Source: an uncultured Poribacteria bacterium
GTDB taxonomy: Bacteria > Poribacteria > WGA-4E > WGA-3G
Assembly: GCA_958296135.2 (NCBI GenBank)
Contig: CATQHZ020000001.1
Span: 1,600,001-1,664,000 of the forward strand
Direction of reading: 5' to 3'
Length of the DNA stretch: 64,000 nucleotides
How positions within the stretch are numbered: position 1 is the first letter of the stretch; the number at the start of each line of letters is the position of its first letter. Made by a program: the position numbers and the translations under genes. This document shows, piece after piece, positions 39,307-48,992 of this stretch. The notes under the pieces were generated by a model. The model did not search any database and was not told where the DNA came from. It saw only the letters and a list, made by a program, of their open reading frames with translations.

Positions 39307-39922
39307 TTTACTGGAACGGATTTCACGCGATGCCGTGAACTATCCGGAAGCGTTGCATCGCTATTTGCAGGCGGATGCCCCTGAAAATATCTGGGCGCGA
39401 GGGAACCTCGGCTTGCTGGAGAGCGAGGGTTTATGGGCATTGTTCTGTTCTAGCAAATGTCCCGGTGCGGTGATCTTGGAAACGCATGAGTTGGCGCAGC
39501 GGTTCAAGGATGCGGGTATGCCGACTATCGGCGGGTATCATTCGCCGGTTGAGCAGGAGTGTCTTCGGGTATTGCTGCGCGGTTCGCAACCGATTATTTT
39601 ATGTCCTGCGCGAGGTATTGAAAGGATGCGTCTGAAATCGGAGTGGCGGCAGGCGTTTGTGGATGAGAGGCTGTTAATCGTCTCCATGTTTGGCAGCAAC
39701 CATCGGCGAACGACGTTGGGATTGGCGCGTCGTCGGAATCTTTTCGTCGCGGCGTTAGCGGACAAAATATGCATTGCGCATGCTTCGGCGGGGAGTCAGA
39801 CGTTGGCGTTTGCGCGTCAGGTATTGGCGTGGGACAAGCCGGTCTTCACGTTTGATGTGGCGGCGAATGGGTTGCTTTTGGAGTTTGGGGCAGAACCGTT
39901 TCGCGCTCTTTATCCCGCGTAG
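39299..39922 (+). CDS. DprA/SLOG-like protein
   Basis: IWARGNLGLL, ALFCSSKCPG, IGGYHSPVE and ARRRNLFVAALAD; overlaps the MTase stop. Confidence 0.75.
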   Translation: MPDLLERISRDAVNYPEALHRYLQADAPENIWARGNLGLLESEGLWALFCSSKCPGAVILETHELAQRFKDAGMPTIGGYHSPVEQECLRVLLRGSQPIILCPARGIERMRLKSEWRQAFVDERLLIVSMFGSNHRRTTLGLARRRNLFVAALADKICIAHASAGSQTLAFARQVLAWDKPVFTFDVAANGLLLEFGAEPFRALYPA

Positions 39923-40006
39923 GTTGGGCTTGCTGGTTTCCCTACAGAGGGAGAGCAAAGATCCAACTTTAGGTCCCCTAGGTCCTGAATGGCTAGAGGC
40001 GGAAAA

Positions 40007-40756
40007 ATGACACTCAACATTATGGTATTAACCCCGGGGGCATTCCGCGACTGGGCCCTCCCTTTTGTGGCGGATTCGCTGTTTGCCTCCCGTGAGCGGA
40101 TGGTTGCCCTGCTCGCGCAAGGTGCCAATAGGGAAAAGTTGGAAGCAGAATTTCGCGAGTTTTTTGAGGAATATTGTGGGCTCGCCTTTCTATTTGAGGA
40201 GCCCGAAAAATCGCTGCTCGTTACTCTTGATGAGTGCGCGGCGTTTTCGCATCTCAACTATCGCGTGAAAAACGTTGAAGCGCAGCGGCAGACTTCGCCT
40301 GCAGGACGCATCGCACGGCGAACCGGCGGCGGGATTATCAACGATCCGTCCCCCGAAATAAAGGTGGCAGCGTTATCGGATGCCGACTTCCGCGCCTTAA
40401 TGGAAACGCTCGTGAGTTGGCCACTCTTTGCCGCGCGTAAACGGGTGGTTAAGTTGCTCGACGCGGAATCAGACCTGGGTGGGAACCCCGGGTCGCTAGC
40501 GAGCACTCAGTTTCCATCGGCTTCTGTGGAGACGCGCGGACAATCGGCGTTCCTTGAATTTTTCGTGTGCTATTTGGAACTAGAGCAGTTTCTGGAAGAT
40601 TACGATTACGACCCGGACGAAGGCTTGGAGTTGCGGCAAGAAGTCGCCGAAAGACTAGAACGTAGTGCAGCCGCGGTCGAGGCGGGAACGGCAGACCTGA
40701 TTCCGCTTGCAGAGGTCGCGAAAGAGCTCGGGATCGAACTGCAATGTACACGTTAA
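40007..40756 (+). CDS. Putative antitoxin (enlarged, internally duplicated)
   Basis: C-terminal DPDEGLELRQEVAERL..IPLAEVAKELG; overlaps relE. Confidence 0.6.
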   Translation: MTLNIMVLTPGAFRDWALPFVADSLFASRERMVALLAQGANREKLEAEFREFFEEYCGLAFLFEEPEKSLLVTLDECAAFSHLNYRVKNVEAQRQTSPAGRIARRTGGGIINDPSPEIKVAALSDADFRALMETLVSWPLFAARKRVVKLLDAESDLGGNPGSLASTQFPSASVETRGQSAFLEFFVCYLELEQFLEDYDYDPDEGLELRQEVAERLERSAAAVEAGTADLIPLAEVAKELGIELQCTR

Positions 40757-41001
40757 GGTTAGAACGCCAGGCCCGTAAGGATTTACAGCGTTTGGATGCC
40801 ACCATCCAAAGGCAAATCTTTGACAAACTGGAGTGGTTGTGCGAAAATTGCCGCAGCTACAAGCACAAGCCGTTGAAAGGGCCACTTCGCGGAAAGTATT
40901 CTTACCGAGCAGCAGGGGATTATCGTGCACTCTATAACGTCAACAAGGACACCCGAGAAATAGTTGTCTACGAGATCGGACATCGGAGTAGCATCTATTA
41001 A
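40744..41001 (+). CDS. relE: RelE/ParE-family toxin
   Basis: A.KDLQRLD..LKG..Y.YR..GDYR..Y..V.EIGHRSSIY. Confidence 0.88.
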   Translation: MYTLRLERQARKDLQRLDATIQRQIFDKLEWLCENCRSYKHKPLKGPLRGKYSYRAAGDYRALYNVNKDTREIVVYEIGHRSSIY

Positions 41002-41111
41002 AACGAGATACGAATTAGGGTGATTCAGTTTTCCCGATCTGTAGGTTGAAATCAGGACATCGGATTTTCACCGTCGACTGGTGATAAAATAGTTCTGGTG
41101 CAGAAGTGCCC

Positions 41112-41175
41112 CGTAGGCGCGGTTTGCAACCGCGCACATCCACCCGTAGGCGCGCTTGCAAAGCACGCCTACAGG
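41112..41175. repeat. REP doublet (GTAGGCGCG family)
   Basis: CGTAGGCGCGGTTTGCAACCGCGC.. and CGTAGGCGCGCTTGCAAAGCACGCCTAC. Confidence 0.75.
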
Positions 41176-41214
41176 ATAGGTTCGGCATAATTCAGGCAAA
41201 GAGGAGGAACAATC

Positions 41215-42117
41215 ATGACACAAACCGTTTTTCTTGGAGAACACGAACTCACTTTCCCGAGCCCGCGCCTTGGTGTGCTTCGGGATTGCAACGCCGTGCT
41301 GGATTCCGCAGAGGGATTGCATGCACAAATCGCTGATGATGGATATCTACTTGTCCGCGGCTTAATCGACAGAGAAAAGGTTATCGCCGCGCGGCGCGCG
41401 ATTCTGGCATACGCCGAAGGCAGCGGAAAAGATAACGTCTTCAAACCCGGCACCGAGATGATGGACGCTGTCGCGGGTGGGGGGAGCCCCGGCCGGACGA
41501 TGGGCGCGCCCGCCGTGACGCATCATCCCGATGTGCAGGCTGTCTTGGAAGGCGATGAGCTTTTCGGATTTTTCCGGAAGTTCTTTGTCGGCGAGACGCG
41601 CACGTTTGATTACAAGTGGTTGCGGTTTATCCGTCCTACCGTCTGGTCTGGCCCGCATGTCGATTTCGTCTATATGGGGCGAGGTTCAAAGCAGTTGCAT
41701 ACCTGTTGGGTGCCGTTCGGCGATGTGCCAGCGGCGATGGGGACGCTAGCTGTCTTGGTAGGTTCGCATAACCTACCGAGTTTCGCACGGATACGCGATA
41801 CGTATGGGAAAACGGATGTCGATAAGGATGGAACCCCCGGCCATTTCGGCCGCGACCCGCTGGAAATTAGCGATACCTACGGTGGCGAGTGGAAGACAGC
41901 GGATTTTGAGATGGGCGATGTCATCATCTTCACGATGCATACGATGCACACCTCAACGAAGAATCTGTCGGAGCGGTGGCGGATCAGTTGCGACATCCGC
42001 TTCCAACCGGCGGCAGACCCGATTGACGAGCGGTGGGTAGGCAAGAACCCGATTTCACATACAGGCAGTCAGAAGATTTCATTTGAGGAGGCGAAGGCGC
42101 AGTGGGGACTAGCGTAG
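41215..42117 (+). CDS. Phytanoyl-CoA dioxygenase (PhyH) family protein
   Basis: DDGYL, PHVD..YM, TCWVP.GD, H.S..N and RISCDIRFQ motifs. Confidence 0.85.
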   Translation: MTQTVFLGEHELTFPSPRLGVLRDCNAVLDSAEGLHAQIADDGYLLVRGLIDREKVIAARRAILAYAEGSGKDNVFKPGTEMMDAVAGGGSPGRTMGAPAVTHHPDVQAVLEGDELFGFFRKFFVGETRTFDYKWLRFIRPTVWSGPHVDFVYMGRGSKQLHTCWVPFGDVPAAMGTLAVLVGSHNLPSFARIRDTYGKTDVDKDGTPGHFGRDPLEISDTYGGEWKTADFEMGDVIIFTMHTMHTSTKNLSERWRISCDIRFQPAADPIDERWVGKNPISHTGSQKISFEEAKAQWGLA

Positions 42118-42189
42118 GCGTTGTAGCACCGTAGCGCGGGGGCCTGTCCCCCGCGGTCTCCGTAGTTTGGCGCGGTGCGGCCCCACGCG

Positions 42190-43491
42190 CTACCCGGAAT
42201 TTAGCACCGCCGCAATCGCCGCGAACATTTCCTCCACCTCAGATACCTCTAGGCATGAATAGGCTATCCGCAGCTCAGACTCGCCGAGTGCGATTGTGCC
42301 GATGCCGTGCTCGGCGAGGAGTTTTTGGCGTACCGCCTCGGCGTTCCCTGATTTCAGGCGCAGGCATGTGAAATAACCGGCGTGACTTGGATAGACTTCC
42401 CACAATGTTGCGTACCGTGCATCGGACGCAATCTGCTTGACTTTCAGCGCGCGTGCCTTGAGGGTTTCAGAGTTGTGCCGTTTTTGTTCAGCGTAGCCTG
42501 GGGCGTTCATCGCGGCTAGGATGAGCGTTTGCGCGATTTGCGCCGCGCCGGAGGTATTCGCCCGGATGAGCCCGCTGATTTTTTGTTCAAGCGGTTGCAT
42601 CACGGCTGAGTCAAGCGCGAATGTGAGAAACCCGACACGCATGCCCCAGGCGTATTCCTCTTTCGTCGCGCCATCTATCTTCACAGGGACGACATTGGGG
42701 TGGCATCCTGCCAGCATTCCGAAAAGCGATTCGTGCATCACGGATGCGTCATACCAAAAGCCGACGTAAGCATCGTCAAGCATAACGAGGAGGTGATTGC
42801 CGGCACCGGCACTTTCCACAATTGTGTTGACAATTTCTTGCGCTTCGGCGCGTGTGATGGCATAACCGGTGGGGTTATGCGGGAAATTGAGAAGGACTCG
42901 GGTACTTCCAGCCGAACGTGCGCGTTTACAGCGCGCGCCTCCCTTAATAAGTGTCTCGCGGAATCCGTGGACGTTAAAACGGCGTTGGGCATCGTAAAAC
43001 GGATAAGTCTCAATCTTCGCCTGCGCTTTAGTTTCAAAGATGAGCCGATAGTTGCCCCAGATTTTGTCGGGGAGGATGAGCGTATCGCCGCTCTCCACGA
43101 AGAGCTCGGCGAGCAAACTGAGCCCGTGCGTCATGCCGCTCGTCACAATCGGAAGACTGAACGTCGCCTTTGCAAGCGATGGGTTTGTTTCGCGGAGGTG
43201 TGCCGCCCATTTCTGGCGTAACACTGGCTGTCCTAGCACGGGCGCGTAGCCATAGATGTCTTCAAGCGACGGTGCCGGCACCAGCGCGCGTGAAACGTCA
43301 AGGTGCATCATTTCGCCATCTTCCAATGCGATGGCACGCGTCGCGTTAAACCGAACCGCCTGCGCATTCGCCGCTGCTGTCTGGCTTAAGATACCTTTCG
43401 GCAGGTAGATGCGTTTGCCTAACTCGGAGAGGAGCGCGAAAACCGCCGGTGAGGCTGTGTGGATGTGTTTGTTTAATTCGGTTGCTGGCAT
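42190..43491 (-). CDS. PLP-dependent aminotransferase class I/II
   Basis: NFPHNPTGY, DDAY and DGATKEEYAWGMRVGF motifs; start MPATELN at 43491. Confidence 0.88.
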   Translation of the reverse strand: MPATELNKHIHTASPAVFALLSELGKRIYLPKGILSQTAAANAQAVRFNATRAIALEDGEMMHLDVSRALVPAPSLEDIYGYAPVLGQPVLRQKWAAHLRETNPSLAKATFSLPIVTSGMTHGLSLLAELFVESGDTLILPDKIWGNYRLIFETKAQAKIETYPFYDAQRRFNVHGFRETLIKGGARCKRARSAGSTRVLLNFPHNPTGYAITRAEAQEIVNTIVESAGAGNHLLVMLDDAYVGFWYDASVMHESLFGMLAGCHPNVVPVKIDGATKEEYAWGMRVGFLTFALDSAVMQPLEQKISGLIRANTSGAAQIAQTLILAAMNAPGYAEQKRHNSETLKARALKVKQIASDARYATLWEVYPSHAGYFTCLRLKSGNAEAVRQKLLAEHGIGTIALGESELRIAYSCLEVSEVEEMFAAIAAVLNSG

Positions 43492-43516
43492 AGTTTTTTT
43501 CCTTCTACTCTTCTTA

Positions 43517-43625
43517 CCGTAGGGCGGGGGCCCGGCGAGCGCGAATCGCCGAGGGTTTCCTTCGCCATGCACCTTCGCAAAAGCACGCTGTATTCCGTTT
43601 GGGCGTAACGGCCCCCGCGCTACGT
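43517..43625. repeat. REPIN-like element (two inverted GTAG-REPs)
   Basis: CCGTAGGGCGGGGGCCCGGCGAGCGCGAATCGCCGAGGG...GGCCCCCGCGCTACG; homologous to 46340-46445. Confidence 0.7.
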
Positions 43626-43756
43626 GCCAAGGGGTTATCTCTTCAACCAACGTAAATTATGCGCCACCGCCAATTTAATGTCAACCAATTTCGTCAAAAT
43701 TCGTCTTAAAATATAAACGGACTAACCCGTAACAAACAGAAAGGTTTCACATAACG

Positions 43757-44881
43757 ATGAAAGCACTCTTTAAAAGCCTCACGGTGGTGATACTCGCTGT
43801 CCTTGCGGCCGGTTTTGGCATTTGCATCTATATCCTCCAGGCACCGTCGGTTGCGCAACCGGGGCCGCCAAAACTGCAGATCCACACGCGGACAGCGTTG
43901 CGCGGCAGACCGGCGGTGAACTCCAAGCCGCTCGCCTATACGAAAGATGTCTATCGGTTTAGTTTAGCGCGGCAGCATATCAGCAACTTGAACAGCGGTG
44001 AGTTCTCGCCGAAATTACTGTTCAGCGCGGCCTTGGCGCGGCGCGCGACGTTGGAAGCCAAACGGTTGGACGCGGAATTGCGAAAGGGCATCGATTGGGA
44101 GAAAATGTTCGCCGATTTGACAGAGAACGTTCGGTTCGATGCCCGTTCGTCTGACTTAAAAGTGTTGCTCAGCGGGAAAGAGTGGCATCTCATCGACGGT
44201 TCAGGCGCGATGTATACGGTAGTCCGAGTCCAAAATCGGCTGAATGTCTATCTGCCGAATCTCAAAGAGGCATTTGAGACAAACAAAGGCCGCCTCTCGA
44301 AGAATATTGAAGTTTCTGTTGAAAAAGCCGGAAGGCAATGGCTGATCAGAGACGTAGGCTTTCAGCAGGCGTATACCGTAAAACTTGGCGGGCAAAAAGG
44401 TGATGAGAAACTGAACGTCTTCCAGCAATCGAAGGTTGAGATTCGTCACTTGCTGTTTGATGCGGATTTGCTATCGCAGCCTGCGTTGACAGATGGCCTT
44501 CTGAAGGCATCTTCGCGGCACTATATTTCGGCAGCACTACGCTCCGAGTTTGCAGAACAAAAGATCGCGCTGACCCGAAAGGCGAAGTTGTCGGTAATCA
44601 AGGAAGATAGGGAATGGCTGATAACCGATGCCGGCCAGAAATATCGTATCCGTTTGGAAGACGCACCGCAAGACGGAGGAAAAACCTCAAGGTTGAAGGT
44701 ATTCCTCGGCTTGGATAGCGAATGGCTTCGCGTGCGGGTTGATGATGAGCTGCAAGGTTGGGTGCAGCGGGAGCGCGGGACGGTTTTCCAGCCGCCGCCG
44801 CTGCCATTGAGCTCACGTCAACAGGCAAAAGCACGACTGCTAGTGCTGATTGACAGAGTGAAAGAGAAAATAGGGCAATGA
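43757..44881 (+). CDS. Membrane-anchored SH3b-like protein interrupted by three copies of an ~80-aa module
   Basis: N-terminal TM; SH3b-like pieces ALRGRPAVNSKPL / SKVEI / LG..SEWLRVRV...GWV separated by W.I.D..Y..LNV(Y/F) modules. Confidence 0.65.
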   Translation: MKALFKSLTVVILAVLAAGFGICIYILQAPSVAQPGPPKLQIHTRTALRGRPAVNSKPLAYTKDVYRFSLARQHISNLNSGEFSPKLLFSAALARRATLEAKRLDAELRKGIDWEKMFADLTENVRFDARSSDLKVLLSGKEWHLIDGSGAMYTVVRVQNRLNVYLPNLKEAFETNKGRLSKNIEVSVEKAGRQWLIRDVGFQQAYTVKLGGQKGDEKLNVFQQSKVEIRHLLFDADLLSQPALTDGLLKASSRHYISAALRSEFAEQKIALTRKAKLSVIKEDREWLITDAGQKYRIRLEDAPQDGGKTSRLKVFLGLDSEWLRVRVDDELQGWVQRERGTVFQPPPLPLSSRQQAKARLLVLIDRVKEKIGQ

Positions 44882-46080
44882 AAATCCTTTTCCTCTCGCC
44901 CACTGTGCCTTTTCCGCTGACCGATGGTGGACGGATTCGGGTGTTTCATCTGCTCAAACAGATTGCTCAGAAAAGCGAGGTAACGCTGCTGGCATTGGAG
45001 ACGCAGCCTACCGATGCAGACAACGTCCCCCAACTGGAACGTTTCGGGATTCAGGTGCATCTCGTCCGACAGGGAGGGACGTTTCCGTCTCTATCGCTCG
45101 GCACAATCCTGACAGCGTTTATCAAAAGGGTGCCTATCACGGTGGCGCGCTATAATGTGCCGGCCTATCGGCAGAAATTCAGAGAATTGGTGGCAGCCGA
45201 ACCCTTCGACCTGGTTCACTATGAAATGTGCCACGTCGCCCAATTTCACATCGAGACAGAGTTGCCAAGCCTTCTTTCGCAGCAGAACGTCGATTCTGCC
45301 ATCTGGCGGCGGCTCTGTCAAGAAACGGCGAATCCTCTCCGGAAATCCCTCTATTGGACGCAGCAACGCGCTTTTGAACGTTATGAGCGGCTGATGAGCC
45401 CGAAGTTTGACATTGTCACCTGCGCTTCCGAGATAGACAGGCAGACTTTTCAACGGACAAGCACTGAGAGCCGCTTTGAGATTATTCCAAATGGCGTGGA
45501 TATTGAGGACTACCAACCTGACTTCGGCAGCGAAGAAGAGGCACACCTCATCTACATCGGCAGCATGGATTGGTATCCAAACGAAGACGCGGTAGCCTTC
45601 TTTGCCGATGAAGTCTTACCAGAAATCCACGAGAGACTCCCAGACGTTCAATTTTCTGCTGTTGGCGGCAACCCCTCACAGCGCGTGCAGAAATTAGCGG
45701 AAAACCCGCAGCTCTTCGTCACCGGGCGCGTGCCGGAGATTAAACCGTATTTTGCGCGCGCGACTGTTTTTGTTGTGCCGTTGCGTATCGGGAGCGGCAC
45801 GCGCCTGAAAATCCTTGAAGCCTTGGCGATGGGCAAGGCTGTCGTCTCAACCACCGTCGGCGCAGAAGGGTTAGATTTGGTTGACGGTGAAGAAATCCTC
45901 ATCGCCGATGAACCGGGAGCGTTCGCTGAATCAGTCCTTCGGTTGCTCACCGATGCATCCCTCCGTCGCGAGCTCGGCGAGAGGGGCCGCGCGCGCGTGG
46001 AGCGAGATTACGATTGGCGGCGCATCGGAGAAAAGCTCCAGAGTCTTTATGAATCGGCTTACGCGGCCCGCTCCCGGTAG
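44878..46080 (+). CDS. Glycosyltransferase family 4
   Basis: PFPLTDGGRIR, IPNGVD and GSGTRLKILEALAMG motifs. Confidence 0.9.
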   Translation: MKILFLSPTVPFPLTDGGRIRVFHLLKQIAQKSEVTLLALETQPTDADNVPQLERFGIQVHLVRQGGTFPSLSLGTILTAFIKRVPITVARYNVPAYRQKFRELVAAEPFDLVHYEMCHVAQFHIETELPSLLSQQNVDSAIWRRLCQETANPLRKSLYWTQQRAFERYERLMSPKFDIVTCASEIDRQTFQRTSTESRFEIIPNGVDIEDYQPDFGSEEEAHLIYIGSMDWYPNEDAVAFFADEVLPEIHERLPDVQFSAVGGNPSQRVQKLAENPQLFVTGRVPEIKPYFARATVFVVPLRIGSGTRLKILEALAMGKAVVSTTVGAEGLDLVDGEEILIADEPGAFAESVLRLLTDASLRRELGERGRARVERDYDWRRIGEKLQSLYESAYAARSR

Positions 46081-46810
46081 GGACGGTTTAAGACAGCAAA
46101 CCTCGCCCTACGGACTAAGGGCCCCTTCTACCGTAGCGCGAGGGAAAACCTGTCCCCCGGTAGGAGAGACCTCCCGGTCTCGATGTTCGGGACCTGTCAC
46201 CCGCTATCCCTCTCGATAGACCGATGCCCGGCGCAGCACAGTGGACATCTCTGCAGCGAGGCGGCAGAGATGACAAAGTTTCGGCGTAACGGCCCGCGCC
46301 CTACGGACTAAGGGGCCCTTTTTACCGACGGGCCCTTTTCACCGTAGCGCGAGGGCCCGGCGATCGCGAATCGCCGAGGGTTCCCCTCGCGATCCTCCTC
46401 GCTAGACCGATGCATAGCGCGGCACAGGACCGCGCCCTACGGACTAAGGGGCCCTTTTTACCGACGGGCCCTTTTCACTGACGGGCCCTTTTCACCGTAG
46501 CGCGAGGGCCCGGCGATCGCGAATCGCCGAGGGTTCCCCTCGCGATCCGCCTCGCTAGACCGATGCATGGCGCGGCACAGGCCCGCGCCCTACGGACTAA
46601 GGGGCCTTTTCACCGATGCATGGCGCGGCACAGGCCCGCGCCCTACGGACTAAGGGGCCTTTTCACCGATGCATGGCGCGGCACAGGACCGCGCCCTACG
46701 GACTAAGGGGCCCTTTTTACCGATGCATGGCGCGGCACAGGCCCGCGCCCTACGGACTAAGGGGGCCTCTTCACCGTCGCGCGAGGGAAAACCTGTCCCT
46801 CGCGGGTGTC
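46077..46810. repeat. Large mosaic REP/REPIN (BIME-like) array
   Basis: About seven copies of GCCCTACGGACTAAGGGG; four tandem ~53-bp units CCGATGCATGGCGCGGCACAGG(c/a)CCGCGCCCTACGGACTAAGGGG at 46560-46775; no unique spacers. Confidence 0.85.
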
Positions 46811-46899
46811 CCGATGTCACTAACAGATGATTTTTCTTGCATATCTATCCCATTTTTGGTAAAATTACCTATAATCTTTAAAAATAAGGAGAGAAACGA

Positions 46900-48171
46900 A
46901 TGGCACTTCCAAAAATGACGCGGATTCAGCAGCAGTTTGAGGCACCTGTTCTCACGGACTTACCTGCAACAATCCACGCGGAATTAGCACGAATTAACGC
47001 CGCTGCTATCGTGCGCCCCGGCGATACCGTCGCGATTACCGCTGGCAGCCGCGGCATCGCGAACGTCGCCACCGCTGTGAAGGCGACCGCGGACTCTCTC
47101 AAAACTATCGGCGCGAAACCTTTCGTTATCCCCGCAATGGGCAGCCACGGCGGCGCAACCCCCGAAGGCCAACGGAGTGTTTTGGAACACTACGGCATCA
47201 CCGAAGAGACCGTGGGGGCACCGGTGAAAGCGACAATGGATGTCGTCGAACTCGGTAAAACAGAGCTCGGCCTGCCTGTGTTTCTTGACCGGTTCGCCGC
47301 TGAGGCAGACCACGTCGTGCCGCTCAACCGCATTAAGGCGCACACCGATTTCAACGGCTCAATCGAAAGCGGTCTGATGAAAATGATGGTGATTGGGCTC
47401 GGCAAACAGCGGGGAGCGAATCTCTATCACCGCGCCTTTTTCCAATACGGGTTTGAGAACGTTATCGCGGCTGTGGGCGGTTTCATGCTTGATACCGGGC
47501 GGATCGCTTTCGGCATTGGGCTCATCGAAAACGCGCACGAGCAAACCGCGAAGGCAGTAGCGATGCCCGCCGAACAACTCCTCCAAACCGAACGTCGGCT
47601 TCTCGTTGAGGCGAAATCGCTGATGGGCAGACTGCCGTTCGATGAACTCGACCTGCTGATTATTGACTGGGTTGGCAAAAACATCAGCGGCACTGGCATG
47701 GACACGAACGTCATCGGTAGAATGATGCAGAATTTTGAACCGGAACCCGCGAAACCCGCGATTCTTCGGATATTTGTCCGCGACCTGACGGAAGAAAGCG
47801 ATGGCAACGCGACCGGCATCGGCTTGGCAGATTTCACGACGACGCGGCTGGTTGACAAGATCGACCGGCACGCAACCTATATGAACGGCATCACTGCCCT
47901 TGGCCCGCAGAAGTCCAAGGTTCCGTTCTACTACGATACTGACAAGGAAGCGATTTCGGTGGCACTTGATACTATCGGGCTCACCGCGCCGGAAGACGCG
48001 CGCGTTATTCGGATTGAGAGCACGCTGAGATTAACCGAGCTTGACATCTCCGAGGCGCTCCTTGAGGATGCACACTTGCACTCAAGCCTCCAGGTTATCG
48101 GTGAAACGAAGCCGTTCCTGTTTGATGCCACGGGCAACCTGCTGCCGTTTTTTTTGGAGACACCGCATTGA
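46900..48171 (+). CDS. Lactate racemase (LarA)-like / DUF362-type protein
   Basis: AITAGSRGI, PAMGSHGGAT, NRIKAHTDF and GKNISGTGMDTN motifs. Confidence 0.75.
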   Translation: MALPKMTRIQQQFEAPVLTDLPATIHAELARINAAAIVRPGDTVAITAGSRGIANVATAVKATADSLKTIGAKPFVIPAMGSHGGATPEGQRSVLEHYGITEETVGAPVKATMDVVELGKTELGLPVFLDRFAAEADHVVPLNRIKAHTDFNGSIESGLMKMMVIGLGKQRGANLYHRAFFQYGFENVIAAVGGFMLDTGRIAFGIGLIENAHEQTAKAVAMPAEQLLQTERRLLVEAKSLMGRLPFDELDLLIIDWVGKNISGTGMDTNVIGRMMQNFEPEPAKPAILRIFVRDLTEESDGNATGIGLADFTTTRLVDKIDRHATYMNGITALGPQKSKVPFYYDTDKEAISVALDTIGLTAPEDARVIRIESTLRLTELDISEALLEDAHLHSSLQVIGETKPFLFDATGNLLPFFLETPH

Positions 48172-48758
48172 AACGATTGATTGTAGGTATCACCGGTGCG
48201 AGCGCGGTTGTCTACGGCGTGCGCCTCCTTGAAATCCTCGCCAAACAAACGGATGTTGAAGTGCATCTAACGATTTCCACGTCCGGAGCGCGCGCTTTGT
48301 GGGAGGAACTCCAGATTGAGGTAGATATTGACAACTTTCGGTTGGAATCGCTGCTCGGGATTTCGGCCGATACTGTCATTTATCATCATCAATCCGACAT
48401 CGGTGCTGCCATCGCCAGCGGCTCTTTCCGCACGGAGGGGATGATTGTGGTGCCGTGTAGTATGGGCACTGTCGCTTCTATTGCGGCGGGTATTTCGCGT
48501 AACCTTATCCATCGCGCTGCAGATGTGTGTATTAAGGAACGCCGCAAACTAGTCATTGTGCCGCGCGAAACACCGCTGAGTGCTATCCATCTGGAGAATA
48601 TGTTGAAGTTGTCGCGCCTGGGTGTGTGTGTGCTGCCAGCGATGCCGGGGTTCTACCATTTCCCCAAAACCGTCGATGATCAGATTAATTTCGTGGTAAC
48701 GAAAATCTTGGATCAGTTTGGGATGGATACCGGGTTGATTCAGCGGTGGAAAGAGTAA
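48168..48758 (+). CDS. ubiX: Flavin prenyltransferase UbiX
   Basis: GITGAS, IASGSF, PCSMGT, RAADV.IKE and PRETP motifs. Confidence 0.93.
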   Translation: MKRLIVGITGASAVVYGVRLLEILAKQTDVEVHLTISTSGARALWEELQIEVDIDNFRLESLLGISADTVIYHHQSDIGAAIASGSFRTEGMIVVPCSMGTVASIAAGISRNLIHRAADVCIKERRKLVIVPRETPLSAIHLENMLKLSRLGVCVLPAMPGFYHFPKTVDDQINFVVTKILDQFGMDTGLIQRWKE

Positions 48759-48900
48759 AGGCCTTACGCCAATTTCATTATTTTCCGTAGGCGCGGTTTG
48801 CAACCGCGCCTACCAAGGCGTTTCTGCGTAAATCCTAATTTCTTTAGTGCCGTTAGGAACTACATGAAACGCGATGCCGCTGCGCTGTGTCTGATTTCCG

Positions 48901-48929
48901 TTGACATTTTGCGCGAAAGAGGGTATACT
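48901..48929 (+). promoter_or_regulatory. Sigma70-like promoter
   Basis: TTGACA-17 nt-TATACT. Confidence 0.65.
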
Positions 48930-48992
48930 CCTTTTATCAATGCGCAACTTCGGCACTCGCACAACCACAAGGAGAATGGAAATCTCACGAAA

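Noticed and set aside
46280-46780. Possible CRISPR array
   Set aside because: Units are tandem near-identical repeats without unique spacers, match dispersed REPs, and have no cas genes nearby.
46616-46918. 100-aa ORF with CMARHRPAPYGLRGP repeats
   Set aside because: Translation of the REP array; no RBS or family motif.
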